Source: Nitrospiraceae bacterium
GTDB taxonomy: Bacteria; Nitrospirota; Nitrospiria; Nitrospirales; Nitrospiraceae
NCBI GenBank assembly: GCA_035275205.1
Contig: DATENE010000063.1
Coordinates: 1 to 55,091 of the forward strand
Reading direction: 5' to 3'
DNA length: 55,091 nt
The translations under genes were made by a program, and so were the position numbers. The stretch's first letter is position 1, and every line of letters starts with the position of its first letter. Of the stretch, positions 46,060-54,695 are shown one piece after another. Below the pieces are notes generated by a model. It worked only from the letters and a program-made list of their open reading frames with translations. It searched no databases and was not told the DNA's origin.

Positions 46060-46088
46060 TTGACCAGCGCAGGGCTTCGTGCTATGAA
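46060..46088 (+). promoter_or_regulatory. Possible promoter of tRNA-Leu
   Basis: TTGACC (46060-46065), 17-bp spacer, TATGAA (46083-46088), about 22 nt before the tRNA 5' end. An alternative -10, TAGAAT, lies at 46099-46104. Confidence 0.3.
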
Positions 46089-46110
46089 GATTCGCCCGTA
46101 GAATGAACAG

Positions 46111-46197
46111 GCCCGGATGGCGGAACTGGCAGACGCGCCGGACTCAAAATCCGGTTCTCGTAAGAGAGTGGGAGTTCGACCCTCCCTCTGGGCACCA
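46111..46197 (+). tRNA. tRNA-Leu, anticodon CAA, type II with long variable arm, CCA encoded
   Basis: Hand-folded. Acceptor GCCCGGA/TCTGGGC (one G-U), 3-bp D stem, anticodon stem CCGGA/TCCGG with loop CTCAAAA, variable arm TCTC-GTAA-GAGA, T arm GGGAG-TTCGACC-CTCCC, discriminator A plus CCA. Confidence 0.9.
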
Positions 46198-46302
46198 TCG
46201 GTTTACGGCTACTCGATAGCTACTGACACGGGGGTTTTACTAGCTCGGATGGAAATCGGATTGTGCGCGAAACCAAATCGAATCTAAGCCACAGGTCTTC
46301 AG

Positions 46303-46331
46303 TTGACATGTCCGAATGGGTAACCTATAGT
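46303..46331 (+). promoter_or_regulatory. Near-consensus sigma70 promoter bracketed by a 10-bp inverted repeat
   Basis: TTGACA (46303-46308), 17-bp spacer, TATAGT (46326-46331). Flanked by TAAGCCACAG (46285-46294) and CTGTGGCTTA (46332-46341). About 100 nt upstream of the 46441 ATG. Confidence 0.6.
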
Positions 46332-46440
46332 CTGTGGCTTAAGAGAGACGAAGAAATTTCAATGCCATGATAGTAGGCCCATTTTTGGTATTCGCTATTG
46401 CACATCATTTTCTTTTCTAATCTCACGATGGAGGCAGCAC

Positions 46441-47184
46441 ATGCGTAAAGTGTTGGCACTGGGAGCGGCAATTCTTTTTGTCGGTTCAGCTGGTGTGTCA
46501 ATCGCTCAAGAGCGCTTGCAGTCTAATCAATCCGGGATGGGTGTGGGCGAGGGAGTAGGCGATGTGTCTGGGTCGAGTACCCGCGTGACGACCTTCGATC
46601 GAACCCAGTTTCTCGATCGGCTGTCGCAGGCGGAGACGATTTATGGCCGTGTGATTGGTCTCGATCTTCCGGCCAAAAAAATGTATCTCGAGGGTGGTGG
46701 AAGCTCCCACGATGAAGGCCGTGCAGGTGGCGGTGCGATGAACTACCGGACGGTGTATTTCGACGACAAAACCAATTTCGACCAGATTCGCACGCTTGAG
46801 GCCGGAGACGACGTGACCATACAGGCATTCGAAGAAACAAGCGCGAGCCAGCCGTTCGGCACTGGCCGTAAGATTGTCCGTGAGATCACCGTTGTGCGTG
46901 GCAATGAGAAACTGGCTGGTTTCGGTGGGCTTGGACAACGCCCGAATCCGGCGACGGAACGAGGGATCAACACGAACAGTGGCTCCACCACCGGTGGTAT
47001 TGGTGGCGCTGTCCTTCCAGGAAAGATCGATTCCGGCATCACCAGCTCGATTGGTGAATTCACCGGCTCCGCTCCTTGCTGGCAGTGTGAGCCTCAGCCG
47101 GGATGGGGGAATGCCGCAACCGGAACCAAGTCGGACTACGGGGCGGACTATTCCAAACCAAACTTGGTCAAGGGTCTGAATTAA
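46441..47184 (+). CDS. Hypothetical secreted Gly/Ser/Thr-rich protein
   Basis: 247 aa. GGAGG RBS, signal peptide MRKVLALGAAILFVGSAGVSIAQE, its own promoter and terminator. The antisense ORF 46498..47313 has none of these. Confidence 0.65.
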   Translation: MRKVLALGAAILFVGSAGVSIAQERLQSNQSGMGVGEGVGDVSGSSTRVTTFDRTQFLDRLSQAETIYGRVIGLDLPAKKMYLEGGGSSHDEGRAGGGAMNYRTVYFDDKTNFDQIRTLEAGDDVTIQAFEETSASQPFGTGRKIVREITVVRGNEKLAGFGGLGQRPNPATERGINTNSGSTTGGIGGAVLPGKIDSGITSSIGEFTGSAPCWQCEPQPGWGNAATGTKSDYGADYSKPNLVKGLN

Positions 47185-47215
47185 TTCGAGACACATTCGG
47201 CGGAGGGTTGCAGAA

Positions 47216-47244
47216 GGGGCAGCGAGACGCTGCCCCTTTTTTTT
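47216..47244 (+). terminator. Rho-independent terminator
   Basis: GGGGCAGCG-AGA-CGCTGCCCC (9-bp stem) followed by TTTTTTTT, 31 nt after the stop of the 46441..47184 gene. Confidence 0.85.
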
Positions 47245-47358
47245 GTGCACGGCATATTTGTATGACCGGTACCATATTTGCCGGGCCGTCGATTCCTTGT
47301 TAGGATTGACCACCAGACTGGTGCGCTAAGCACCAAGACCGGTGCAAAGGAGAGAGAA

Positions 47359-47631
47359 GTGGTGGTGGAAGAAGAAGGGCACGCAACATTGACCGATCAG
47401 CCGAATACTGAATTGGACTTGCGGGGAGTGATTTGTCCGTATAACTTCGTCAAAACGAAGTTGAAGCTGGAAGCGATGGAGCAAGGGCAGATTCTTTCAG
47501 TATTGTTGGACGATGGCGACCCAATCCGGAATGTTCCCCGCAGTGTGAGCAACGAAGGGCATACGGTGCTTTCGCAAGACCTCGTTGAAGGATCCTATCG
47601 AGTACTCATCCGCCGCCGCGAAGACGAGTAA
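47359..47631 (+). CDS. TusA/SirA-like (UPF0033) sulfur-carrier domain protein
   Basis: Start set at GTG 47359, 4 nt after AAGGAGAG; the track ORF starts at 47278. LDLRGVICPYNFVKTKLKL resembles the TusA Cys-Pro motif, though it is CPYN rather than CPxP. Confidence 0.7.
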   Translation: MVVEEEGHATLTDQPNTELDLRGVICPYNFVKTKLKLEAMEQGQILSVLLDDGDPIRNVPRSVSNEGHTVLSQDLVEGSYRVLIRRREDE

Positions 47632-48407
47632 TACGCGGCATTCTTCTGCTCATCGTTTGTGAGTGGTCCTCCTCGATCGCCTTCAATGACGACCGTCACT
47701 GCTGAATTCTTCGGCACAGCCCCGATTCGATCAAGCAGCTCATTAGGCTTTCCGCGAAAGAAGGTTTCCCTTAGCGTCGTGAGGTCCATGGCGATGGCAA
47801 CTTGTCTGTCTGGGACTATCTGTGCCAAGGTTTTCAGCAGCCTGCTGAGGGCTCCTGGATCCACATAGAAGACGAGGGTTCTTCGTTCTTTGCGAAGTAG
47901 AGAGAGATATTGCCCGAGACGATGACTAGTTGAGGGAAGGCGCCCCTCAAAGATGATTGCATCACCGGAAAAGCCAGAGATTGCTGCCGCTGTCGTCAGG
48001 GTAGAGGGACCAGGAATAGCCTTGACCGGGATTCCGGCCTGGTGGGCAGCAGCCACAAGCCGAGTGCCTGGGTCGAAGATGACTGGTGTCCCGTTGTCTG
48101 AAACAAGGGCGACATCCTGTCCCTGTGTAAGCCGATGCAGAAGAAGCCGTATTTTCTCGTCGCGATTGAGCGGCCCGTAGCTTGTGATTGTTGCAGTGAT
48201 ACCATGATGAGCCAGGAGTGCCTGAGTCACGCGAGGATCCTCTGACGCAACAACGGCAACGAGGCGCAGTGTGGCAAGGGCCCGAAGCGTAATATCATCG
48301 GGGTGACCAATCGGCATACTGACGACAAAGAGGGTGCCGGTGGAAGGAGACATGATTGTCCGGCCTCTCACTCCATGATCGTTCGGTTGACTCCCATCTC
48401 GCGCCAT
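47595..48407 (-). CDS. rsmI: 16S rRNA (cytidine1402-2'-O)-methyltransferase
   Basis: 270 aa (alternative start ATG 48353). LFVVSMPIGHPDDITLRAL and ASEDPR motifs of the tetrapyrrole-methylase-fold RsmI family. 37-nt convergent overlap with the tusA-like gene. Confidence 0.85.
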   Translation of the reverse strand: MARDGSQPNDHGVRGRTIMSPSTGTLFVVSMPIGHPDDITLRALATLRLVAVVASEDPRVTQALLAHHGITATITSYGPLNRDEKIRLLLHRLTQGQDVALVSDNGTPVIFDPGTRLVAAAHQAGIPVKAIPGPSTLTTAAAISGFSGDAIIFEGRLPSTSHRLGQYLSLLRKERRTLVFYVDPGALSRLLKTLAQIVPDRQVAIAMDLTTLRETFFRGKPNELLDRIGAVPKNSAVTVVIEGDRGGPLTNDEQKNAAYYSSSRRRMSTR

Positions 48408-48469
48408 CGATATAATTCCCCGCTTAATGTCAGTCTGTTTGTCCTGAAAAGTTGAGAGGATAGCCCTCT

Positions 48470-49273
48470 ATGGCCGCCATGTTTTTCGTGGTGACGATGG
48501 CCCTGTATTTTGCGGCCACCATTTCCTTTCTTGCCTACCTGCTCTGGCCTTCTGAAGGCCTGTCACACGTCTCGTTGGGTATGACCGCGACGGGGTTTGC
48601 CTCGCACACGGTCGCGTTGGGCGCAGGGATGATCGGCGCGACGGAAGTTTCGACGCCAGGATTCCACGTCGCCCTGTCGTTTTTTTCCTGGGTGCTGATT
48701 TTAGTCTTTCTTATCGTGGAGTTTCGCCATCGTATGCACGTGATTGGCTCGTTCATCGTGCCCCTGGCATTGCTCTCACTGGTCTCTGCCGCCGCATTGC
48801 CGGAAACCGCTCCGACGCTCACACCGGTGTTCCGAACGTTGTGGGTCCACGTGACGTTGAGCATGCTCGGTACCGTGGGGTTTGCCGTGGCCTTCGTGGC
48901 TGGTGTCATGTATCTGATTCAGGATGGACTTCTCAAGTCCAAACGTTTCAATGTTCTCTACTCAAAGTTGCCCGCCCTGGATTTTCTCGACCATCTGAAT
49001 CAACAGTCGATCGTCACGGGCTTTCCGCTACTCACGCTCGGCATCATTACGGGTGCGCTTTCTGCCGAGTTCTCTCGAGGCACGTATCTGAACTGGAACC
49101 CCGAGCAAACCTTTGCCTTAGTGACGTGGGTATTCTACTTTGTCGTACTGACCGGACGACTGACGGTGGGTTGGAGAGCCAAGCGCGCGGCGTATCTGAC
49201 GATTATCGGATTTGCCGGCGTTATTCTGACCCTCATCGGCGTGGTCCTCAAGAGTCACGGACCGGTGTCGTAG
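48470..49273 (+). CDS. HemX/CcsA-family (cytochrome c assembly-like) integral membrane protein
   Basis: 267 aa, about 8 TM segments, GAGAGGA RBS, ends 1 nt before hemA. I did not see a canonical WGxxWxWD heme-handling motif, so it is HemX-like rather than a bona fide CcsA. Confidence 0.8.
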   Translation: MAAMFFVVTMALYFAATISFLAYLLWPSEGLSHVSLGMTATGFASHTVALGAGMIGATEVSTPGFHVALSFFSWVLILVFLIVEFRHRMHVIGSFIVPLALLSLVSAAALPETAPTLTPVFRTLWVHVTLSMLGTVGFAVAFVAGVMYLIQDGLLKSKRFNVLYSKLPALDFLDHLNQQSIVTGFPLLTLGIITGALSAEFSRGTYLNWNPEQTFALVTWVFYFVVLTGRLTVGWRAKRAAYLTIIGFAGVILTLIGVVLKSHGPVS

Positions 49274-49274
49274 T

Positions 49275-50666
49275 ATGCATATTATTGCCGTTGGGTTAAG
49301 CCATAAGACTGCTCCGATTGAAATTCGCGAGAAGCTTGCGGTTCCTGAGAGCCGGATGGGCGAAGCGTTAAGCCGTCTTTGTTCGTATCAAGGGGTGCGG
49401 GAAGGGATATTGCTCTCGACGTGCAATCGTGTTGAGGTCTATGCCGTCGTCGATGAGATCGAATCGGGGTATGGACGAATTCAGGATTTCTTGGCGGATG
49501 CCCATCTTTCGCTGTCTTCGGAGCAACTGACCCCCCACATGTACTGGCACCAAGGGGATCGGGCGATCAGCCATTTATTTCGCGTGGCTTCCAGTCTCGA
49601 CTCTATGATCATCGGTGAGTCGCAGATTCTGGGCCAGATCAAAGAAGCATTCGAGGTTGCGCTCACACATAAGGCGACCGGCATTATTCTGAACAAGGTT
49701 GTAAAAAAAGCGATTTCGGTCGCGAAACGCGTGCGGACGGAAACAAAAATTTCCGAGATGGCAGTGTCGGTCAGCTATGCCGCGGTCGAATTAGCGAAAA
49801 AGATTTTCTCAGATTTAAGCGAGAAGACGGTTCTATTGGTGGGGGCTGGAGAGATGGCGAAGTTGGCGGCAAGACATTTTATTGCCAACGGTGTCCGGCA
49901 TGTGCGGGTGACGACCAGGAATCCGCAACATGGGCTGGAATTGGCTAACCGGTTTGGTGGTACCGCGGTTGCCTTTGAGGAGTTTCGAGAGGACATGGCT
50001 TCCGCCGATATTGTCTTGGTATCGACCGGTGCCGCGCATTATCTCGTGAGTGAGGATGATGTGCAGCATTCAGTCACGCAGCGGATGAATCGTCCAATGT
50101 TCCTGATCGATATCTCGGTCCCGCGCAATATCGATCCGGCGGTGCGGCACGTGGACAACGCCTTTCTCTTCGACATCGATGATTTGAAGACACGGGTCGA
50201 GCAAAATCGCGAGGGGCGTCTCAACGAGGCTGAAAAGGCCGAGCGGATTGTGGTGGATGAAGTCGGAATTGTGCAGCAATGGCTCCAGTCGCTGGAGGTC
50301 ACTCCCACTATTGTGGCTCTCCGAGCGCGAGTCGATGATATCAAGCAGGCCGAGTTGGACAAGACTTTGGGACGATTGGGGAATTTATCCGCGCCGGAGC
50401 GTAAATTGGTTGAGGCAATGGCGTCGTCGATCGTGAACAAGCTCATTCACAATACGTTGGTGACGCTCAAGACCGAGGTGACTTCTTCTGAAGGGGCCGC
50501 CTTTGTCGAGGCAGCGCGACGGTTTTTCAGTCTCGGTGACCCTGCGCGCGCTCATGTCAATGATCATGTGTCCACTGAGTCGGAGACGTGTCATTCATCA
50601 CAAGAAGATATCCAGGATGTTGAAGAGGTGATTCCGAGAACCGGCTCAAAGATGCCGGATCAGTGA
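49275..50666 (+). CDS. hemA: Glutamyl-tRNA reductase
   Basis: 463 aa. Catalytic Cys in LLSTCNRVEVY. NADPH site LLVGAGEMAKLAA. Confidence 0.95.
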   Translation: MHIIAVGLSHKTAPIEIREKLAVPESRMGEALSRLCSYQGVREGILLSTCNRVEVYAVVDEIESGYGRIQDFLADAHLSLSSEQLTPHMYWHQGDRAISHLFRVASSLDSMIIGESQILGQIKEAFEVALTHKATGIILNKVVKKAISVAKRVRTETKISEMAVSVSYAAVELAKKIFSDLSEKTVLLVGAGEMAKLAARHFIANGVRHVRVTTRNPQHGLELANRFGGTAVAFEEFREDMASADIVLVSTGAAHYLVSEDDVQHSVTQRMNRPMFLIDISVPRNIDPAVRHVDNAFLFDIDDLKTRVEQNREGRLNEAEKAERIVVDEVGIVQQWLQSLEVTPTIVALRARVDDIKQAELDKTLGRLGNLSAPERKLVEAMASSIVNKLIHNTLVTLKTEVTSSEGAAFVEAARRFFSLGDPARAHVNDHVSTESETCHSSQEDIQDVEEVIPRTGSKMPDQ

Positions 50667-50718
50667 GGGTGAGAAGACCAGTATTTTGTTTGGTTGGTTG
50701 AACGAAACTAACTAGATG

Positions 50719-50772
50719 AACCAAGTAAACAAAACAAACCAGATCAACCAGAGAAACTAGATGAACCAGACA
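50719..50772 (+). repeat. Six degenerate tandem 9-mers (AACCAGNNN type) spanning the hemC start
   Basis: Units: AACCAAGTA, AACAAAACA, AACCAGATC, AACCAGAGA, AACTAGATG, AACCAGACA. An exact 13-nt direct repeat ACTAGATGAACCA occurs at 50711-50723 and 50756-50768. Confidence 0.7.
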
Positions 50773-51708
50773 GGCCGTGAACGATCAACCATCGTACTTG
50801 GAACGCGCGGCAGTAAGCTGGCGGTGCAGCAGAGCGAGTGGGTGCAGGGACAGTTGCGCGTGCTGGCTCCGCATGTGACGGTGACGCTGCAGAAGATTCA
50901 AACGTCGGGAGACAAGATTCTGGACGTCCCGTTGGCCCAAATTGGCGGAAAGGGATTGTTCGTAAAGGAGATCGAGGAAGCGCTGTTGAGCGGTGAGATC
51001 GATTTGGCGGTACATAGCATGAAAGATGTTCCCACGGAGTTGCCCAATGGATTGGCCATTCTCTGTGTGCCGCCAAGGGAGGATCCTCGGGATGCCTTGA
51101 TTAGTCGTGATGGACGGTCGTTCATGGATCTTCCTCATGGCGCCCGAATCGGGACCAGCAGCCTTCGCCGGCAATCGCAGCTCCTGCATGCCAGGCCTGA
51201 TCTCACGATTGCCATGTTACGTGGGAACTTGGATACCCGCCTCAGGAAATTGCGAGAGGGACAGTTCGATGCCATCGTGCTTGCCGCAGCCGGGCTCAGG
51301 AGATTGGCCTGGGCGCATGAGATTACGGAGTATCTTGCACAGGAGATCAGTTTGCCGGCTATCGGCCAGGGGGCGCTGGGCATAGAGGGCCGGCGAGACG
51401 ATCTCTTCGTTCGCTCACTGTTGAGTGGTTTGGACCATGCGTCGAGTATGACAGCGGTTCTTGCCGAACGGGCGTTGCTCCATCGGCTTCAAGGAGGCTG
51501 TCAGGTTCCGATCGCAGCGCATGCGACAGTGACTGGGACAAGGGTGAGACTGGAAGGATTGGTATCCAGCGTGGACGGCAAAGAACTCCTTCGCGATTCC
51601 GTTGAAGGAACTATTGAGAATCCGGAGTCGATCGGCATTCAGCTCGCGGAACGGCTGCTTACCCGCGGGGGCGATAGGATCCTCCAAGCGATTTACGGGA
51701 CCACATGA
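50761..51708 (+). CDS. hemC: Porphobilinogen deaminase (hydroxymethylbilane synthase)
   Basis: 315 aa. GTRGSKLAVQQ, GDK, cofactor Cys in GGCQVPIA. Confidence 0.95.
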   Translation: MNQTGRERSTIVLGTRGSKLAVQQSEWVQGQLRVLAPHVTVTLQKIQTSGDKILDVPLAQIGGKGLFVKEIEEALLSGEIDLAVHSMKDVPTELPNGLAILCVPPREDPRDALISRDGRSFMDLPHGARIGTSSLRRQSQLLHARPDLTIAMLRGNLDTRLRKLREGQFDAIVLAAAGLRRLAWAHEITEYLAQEISLPAIGQGALGIEGRRDDLFVRSLLSGLDHASSMTAVLAERALLHRLQGGCQVPIAAHATVTGTRVRLEGLVSSVDGKELLRDSVEGTIENPESIGIQLAERLLTRGGDRILQAIYGTT

Positions 51709-53270
51709 CAAAACCGAGCAAATCGGGGAAGGTCTATTTGGTCGGAGCGGGTCCAGGGGATCCTGGGCTTTTGACGCTGAAAGGGAAGGAGTGTCTTGAG
51801 GCGGCCGATGTCGTTCTGTACGACTATCTCGCCAATCCGTTCTTGCTGCAGTATGCGCCGGCCACAGCACAGCGCATCTATGTCGGTCGGCGGGGACGTG
51901 GGCAGTATCAAGACCAAGCCGATATCAATCGACTGCTCATTGAACGCGCCAAAGAGGGGAATGTGGTGATTCGGCTCAAAGGGGGCGACCCATTTGTCTT
52001 TGGACGTGGTGGAGAAGAGGCAGAAGCGGTGGCCGCTGCAGGAGTTGACTTCGAGCTTGTGCCTGGTGTGACGGCGGCGGTTGCGGTTCCTGCTTATGCG
52101 GGCATTCCGGTGACCCATCGCACGTTGGCGTCCACGGTGACGTTTGTGACCGGTCATGAAGATCCCACCAAGCCGGTGGCATTGTTGGAATGGCCCAAAT
52201 TGGCCAGTACATCCGGGACCCTCGTGTTCATGATGGGTATGAAGAATCTCCCCTTGATCGTCAGACAGTTATTGTTGGAAGGACGTCCGTCCGACACGCC
52301 GGTTGCGACGATCCGTTGGGGGACCAAAGCCGCTCAACAGACCATCGTGGGGACATTGGGCGATATTGTCTCAAAGGCGGAAGCCGCGCATCTCGAACCG
52401 CCGACGGTGATCGTCGTGGGTGAGGTCGTGCGATTACGAGGACAGCTGAATTGGTTTGAAACCAAACCGCTCTTTGGGAAACGGGTTGTACTGACCCGCC
52501 CACAGGAGCAGGCAAGAGAATTTTCCCAACTGCTGGCGGCCTATGGCGCGGAGCCGGTCGAAGTTCCGACGATTCAGCTCGTGCCTCCGGCCAGTTGGCA
52601 GGCGATTGATGACGCGATGACTCGTCTCAGTACCTATCAATGGCTTATTTTTACCAGTGTGAACGGGGTGAGACCCTTTATGGACCGGCTTCATGCGGCA
52701 GGGAAAGATGCGCGCGCACTGGCGAATCTTCGCCTATGCGCGATTGGACCGAGAACTGCGAAAGAACTAGGAGCCTACGGACTTACTCCAGATGTCATTC
52801 CAAACGAATTTCAGGCGGAGGGTGTGATCGCCGCATTGGCTTCTGTGGGAATTCGAGGGAGCCGCATATTGATCCCACGCGCCGAAGTCGCTCGTGAAAT
52901 CTTGCCGGATCAGTTGCGTGAGTTGGGCGCAACCGTCGAGGTGATTCCTGTCTATCGCACGATTGTGCCAGCAGTGGACATTGCATCCTTGACGCAACAG
53001 CTTCAAGATGGCCAGGTGGCGGTGGTGACATTTACAAGTTCCTCCACCGTCCGCAATTTTGTGGAACTGTTTGGAGGGCGAGACAGGGTGAGGCCTCTTC
53101 TCGCAGGTACGGTGGTGGCCTGCATCGGGCCCATTACGGCACGCACGGCGGAAGAGTATGGAGTAACGGTCACAGTCATGCCGGCTGAGAATACAGTGCC
53201 GGCGCTGGCAGAAGCGATTGTGAAGTATTTCAAGGAAGAGGCGCGAGTCGCCGTTTCTACTCGCAGCTAG
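51705..53270 (+). CDS. cobA-hemD: Fused uroporphyrinogen-III C-methyltransferase / uroporphyrinogen-III synthase
   Basis: 521 aa. ATGA overlap with hemC. N-terminal SUMT motifs [18 protein letters not shown] and [13 protein letters not shown]. The C-terminal ~250 aa (from [12 protein letters not shown]) is HemD-like. Confidence 0.9.
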   Translation: MTKPSKSGKVYLVGAGPGDPGLLTLKGKECLEAADVVLYDYLANPFLLQYAPATAQRIYVGRRGRGQYQDQADINRLLIERAKEGNVVIRLKGGDPFVFGRGGEEAEAVAAAGVDFELVPGVTAAVAVPAYAGIPVTHRTLASTVTFVTGHEDPTKPVALLEWPKLASTSGTLVFMMGMKNLPLIVRQLLLEGRPSDTPVATIRWGTKAAQQTIVGTLGDIVSKAEAAHLEPPTVIVVGEVVRLRGQLNWFETKPLFGKRVVLTRPQEQAREFSQLLAAYGAEPVEVPTIQLVPPASWQAIDDAMTRLSTYQWLIFTSVNGVRPFMDRLHAAGKDARALANLRLCAIGPRTAKELGAYGLTPDVIPNEFQAEGVIAALASVGIRGSRILIPRAEVAREILPDQLRELGATVEVIPVYRTIVPAVDIASLTQQLQDGQVAVVTFTSSSTVRNFVELFGGRDRVRPLLAGTVVACIGPITARTAEEYGVTVTVMPAENTVPALAEAIVKYFKEEARVAVSTRS

Positions 53271-53322
53271 GCCACTGTAGACGGCAGGGCAGTGGAATGA
53301 ATTAGCCAAGGGAGGGCATTAT

Positions 53323-53715
53323 ATGGTTCCAGTCAAGTCATTCATGGTTCCGAGGGAGAAGTTTGTTAACATTGAGCGGGATACGGATGCGCAGACAGCG
53401 GCACGGATCATGCGGGATCGTGGCATCGGCAGCCTGTTCGTGACGAATGGGAAGGAGATTATCGGCATCCTCACGGATACCGACATGGTTCGGCGCGTGG
53501 TCGCGACCGGAGTCGACTCTCACAAGACGACGGCCGAACAGATTATGTCGGCCCCGATTGTGACGATCGAAGAAAATAAGACCGTATTAGATGCCAACGA
53601 TCTGATGGCCAAAACGCATATCCGACATCTCGGCGTGACTCAGAGTGGAAAATTGGTCGGCATGATTTCTGTGCGCGACATCGTGGTGTTCTTGACGAAT
53701 CTCCCAAGGAAGTGA
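53323..53715 (+). CDS. CBS-pair domain protein
   Basis: 130 aa. GGGAGGG RBS. Two CBS-like repeats (GIGSLFVTNGKEIIGILTDTDMV and HIRHLGVTQSGKLVGMISVRDIV). Confidence 0.8.
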   Translation: MVPVKSFMVPREKFVNIERDTDAQTAARIMRDRGIGSLFVTNGKEIIGILTDTDMVRRVVATGVDSHKTTAEQIMSAPIVTIEENKTVLDANDLMAKTHIRHLGVTQSGKLVGMISVRDIVVFLTNLPRK

Positions 53716-53718
53716 CCG

Positions 53719-54690
53719 ATGGCTTTTCCAATACAGCGGCTGCGGCGGCTGCGACAGCATGAGACCTTTCGTCGTATGGTCCGGGAGACGAGCCTGACCC
53801 CGGCAGACTTGATCTATCCGCTGTTCGTCGTCGAAGGGCGGGACCGGCGGGAGGAAATCTCCTCGATGCCTGGTCAGTACCGGCTTTCGGTCGACCTCTT
53901 GGTGAAAGAGGCGAGTGAGGTTGCAGCTTTGGGGGTTTCCGCCATTATCCTCTTTGGGGTTCCTGATCGGAAAGATGATCGCGGAAGTTCGGGGTTCGAT
54001 CCGAACGGCATCGTACAGCGGGCCGTCAGAGCAGTGAAGGATCAGGTCCCAGGGATGATGGTTGTAACCGACGTCTGCATCGATGAATACACCGATCACG
54101 GCCATTGCGGTATCGTCAAGGACGGTCGCATCCTCAACGATGAAACGTTGGAGTGTCTTCGCGCGATGGCCAGAACCCATGCGCAAGCCGGCGCCGACAT
54201 GGTGGCCCCGTCCGATATGATGGATGGGCGGGTCGCGGCGATCCGGGCGGAGCTGGATCAGGCTGGTTTTCCAGAGCTGCCGATTATGGCCTATGCCGCC
54301 AAATTCGCGTCCTGTTTTTATGCGCCGTTTCGGGCTGCGGCATGTTCGAGCCCTCAATTCGGTGATCGGCAGTCGTACCAGATGGATCCCGCCAACCGCC
54401 GGGAAGCGCTTCGGGAGATCGCTCTCGATGTCGAAGAAGGGGCCGACATTATTATGGTGAAACCGGCACTGCCGTATCTCGATATCATCGCCGCGGCCAG
54501 GGCGCAGATGTTGTTGCCGGTAGCGGCCTATCAAGTGAGCGGGGAATACAGCATGATCAAAGCGGCTGCCAATGCCGGTTGGCTCGACGAATCGCGGGCC
54601 ATGATGGAATCGTTGCTCTCGATTAAGCGGGCCGGCGCCGATCTTATTCTGACCTACTTTGCCAAAGACGCAGCGCGTCTCCTCCGCTGA
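53719..54690 (+). CDS. hemB: Porphobilinogen synthase (5-aminolevulinate dehydratase)
   Basis: 323 aa. Active-site Lys contexts ([10 protein letters not shown]), [17 protein letters not shown]. The metal-site segment is [14 protein letters not shown]. Confidence 0.95.
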   Translation: MAFPIQRLRRLRQHETFRRMVRETSLTPADLIYPLFVVEGRDRREEISSMPGQYRLSVDLLVKEASEVAALGVSAIILFGVPDRKDDRGSSGFDPNGIVQRAVRAVKDQVPGMMVVTDVCIDEYTDHGHCGIVKDGRILNDETLECLRAMARTHAQAGADMVAPSDMMDGRVAAIRAELDQAGFPELPIMAYAAKFASCFYAPFRAAACSSPQFGDRQSYQMDPANRREALREIALDVEEGADIIMVKPALPYLDIIAAARAQMLLPVAAYQVSGEYSMIKAAANAGWLDESRAMMESLLSIKRAGADLILTYFAKDAARLLR

Positions 54691-54695
54691 CGACC

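Noticed and set aside
46111-47313. A tRNA-Leu-adjacent genomic island or integrated element.
   Set aside because: There is no integrase, no direct repeat of the tRNA 3' end in the window, only one orphan gene, and normal housekeeping genes resume immediately (tusA-like, rsmI).
47595-47631. A 37-nt convergent overlap of the tusA-like and rsmI 3' ends as a possible antisense regulatory arrangement.
   Set aside because: Several convergent pairs in this compact window also overlap (ampG with the membrane gene, the transporter with ligA). There is no sequence feature beyond the overlap itself. The rsmI C-terminal residues in the overlap are low-complexity.
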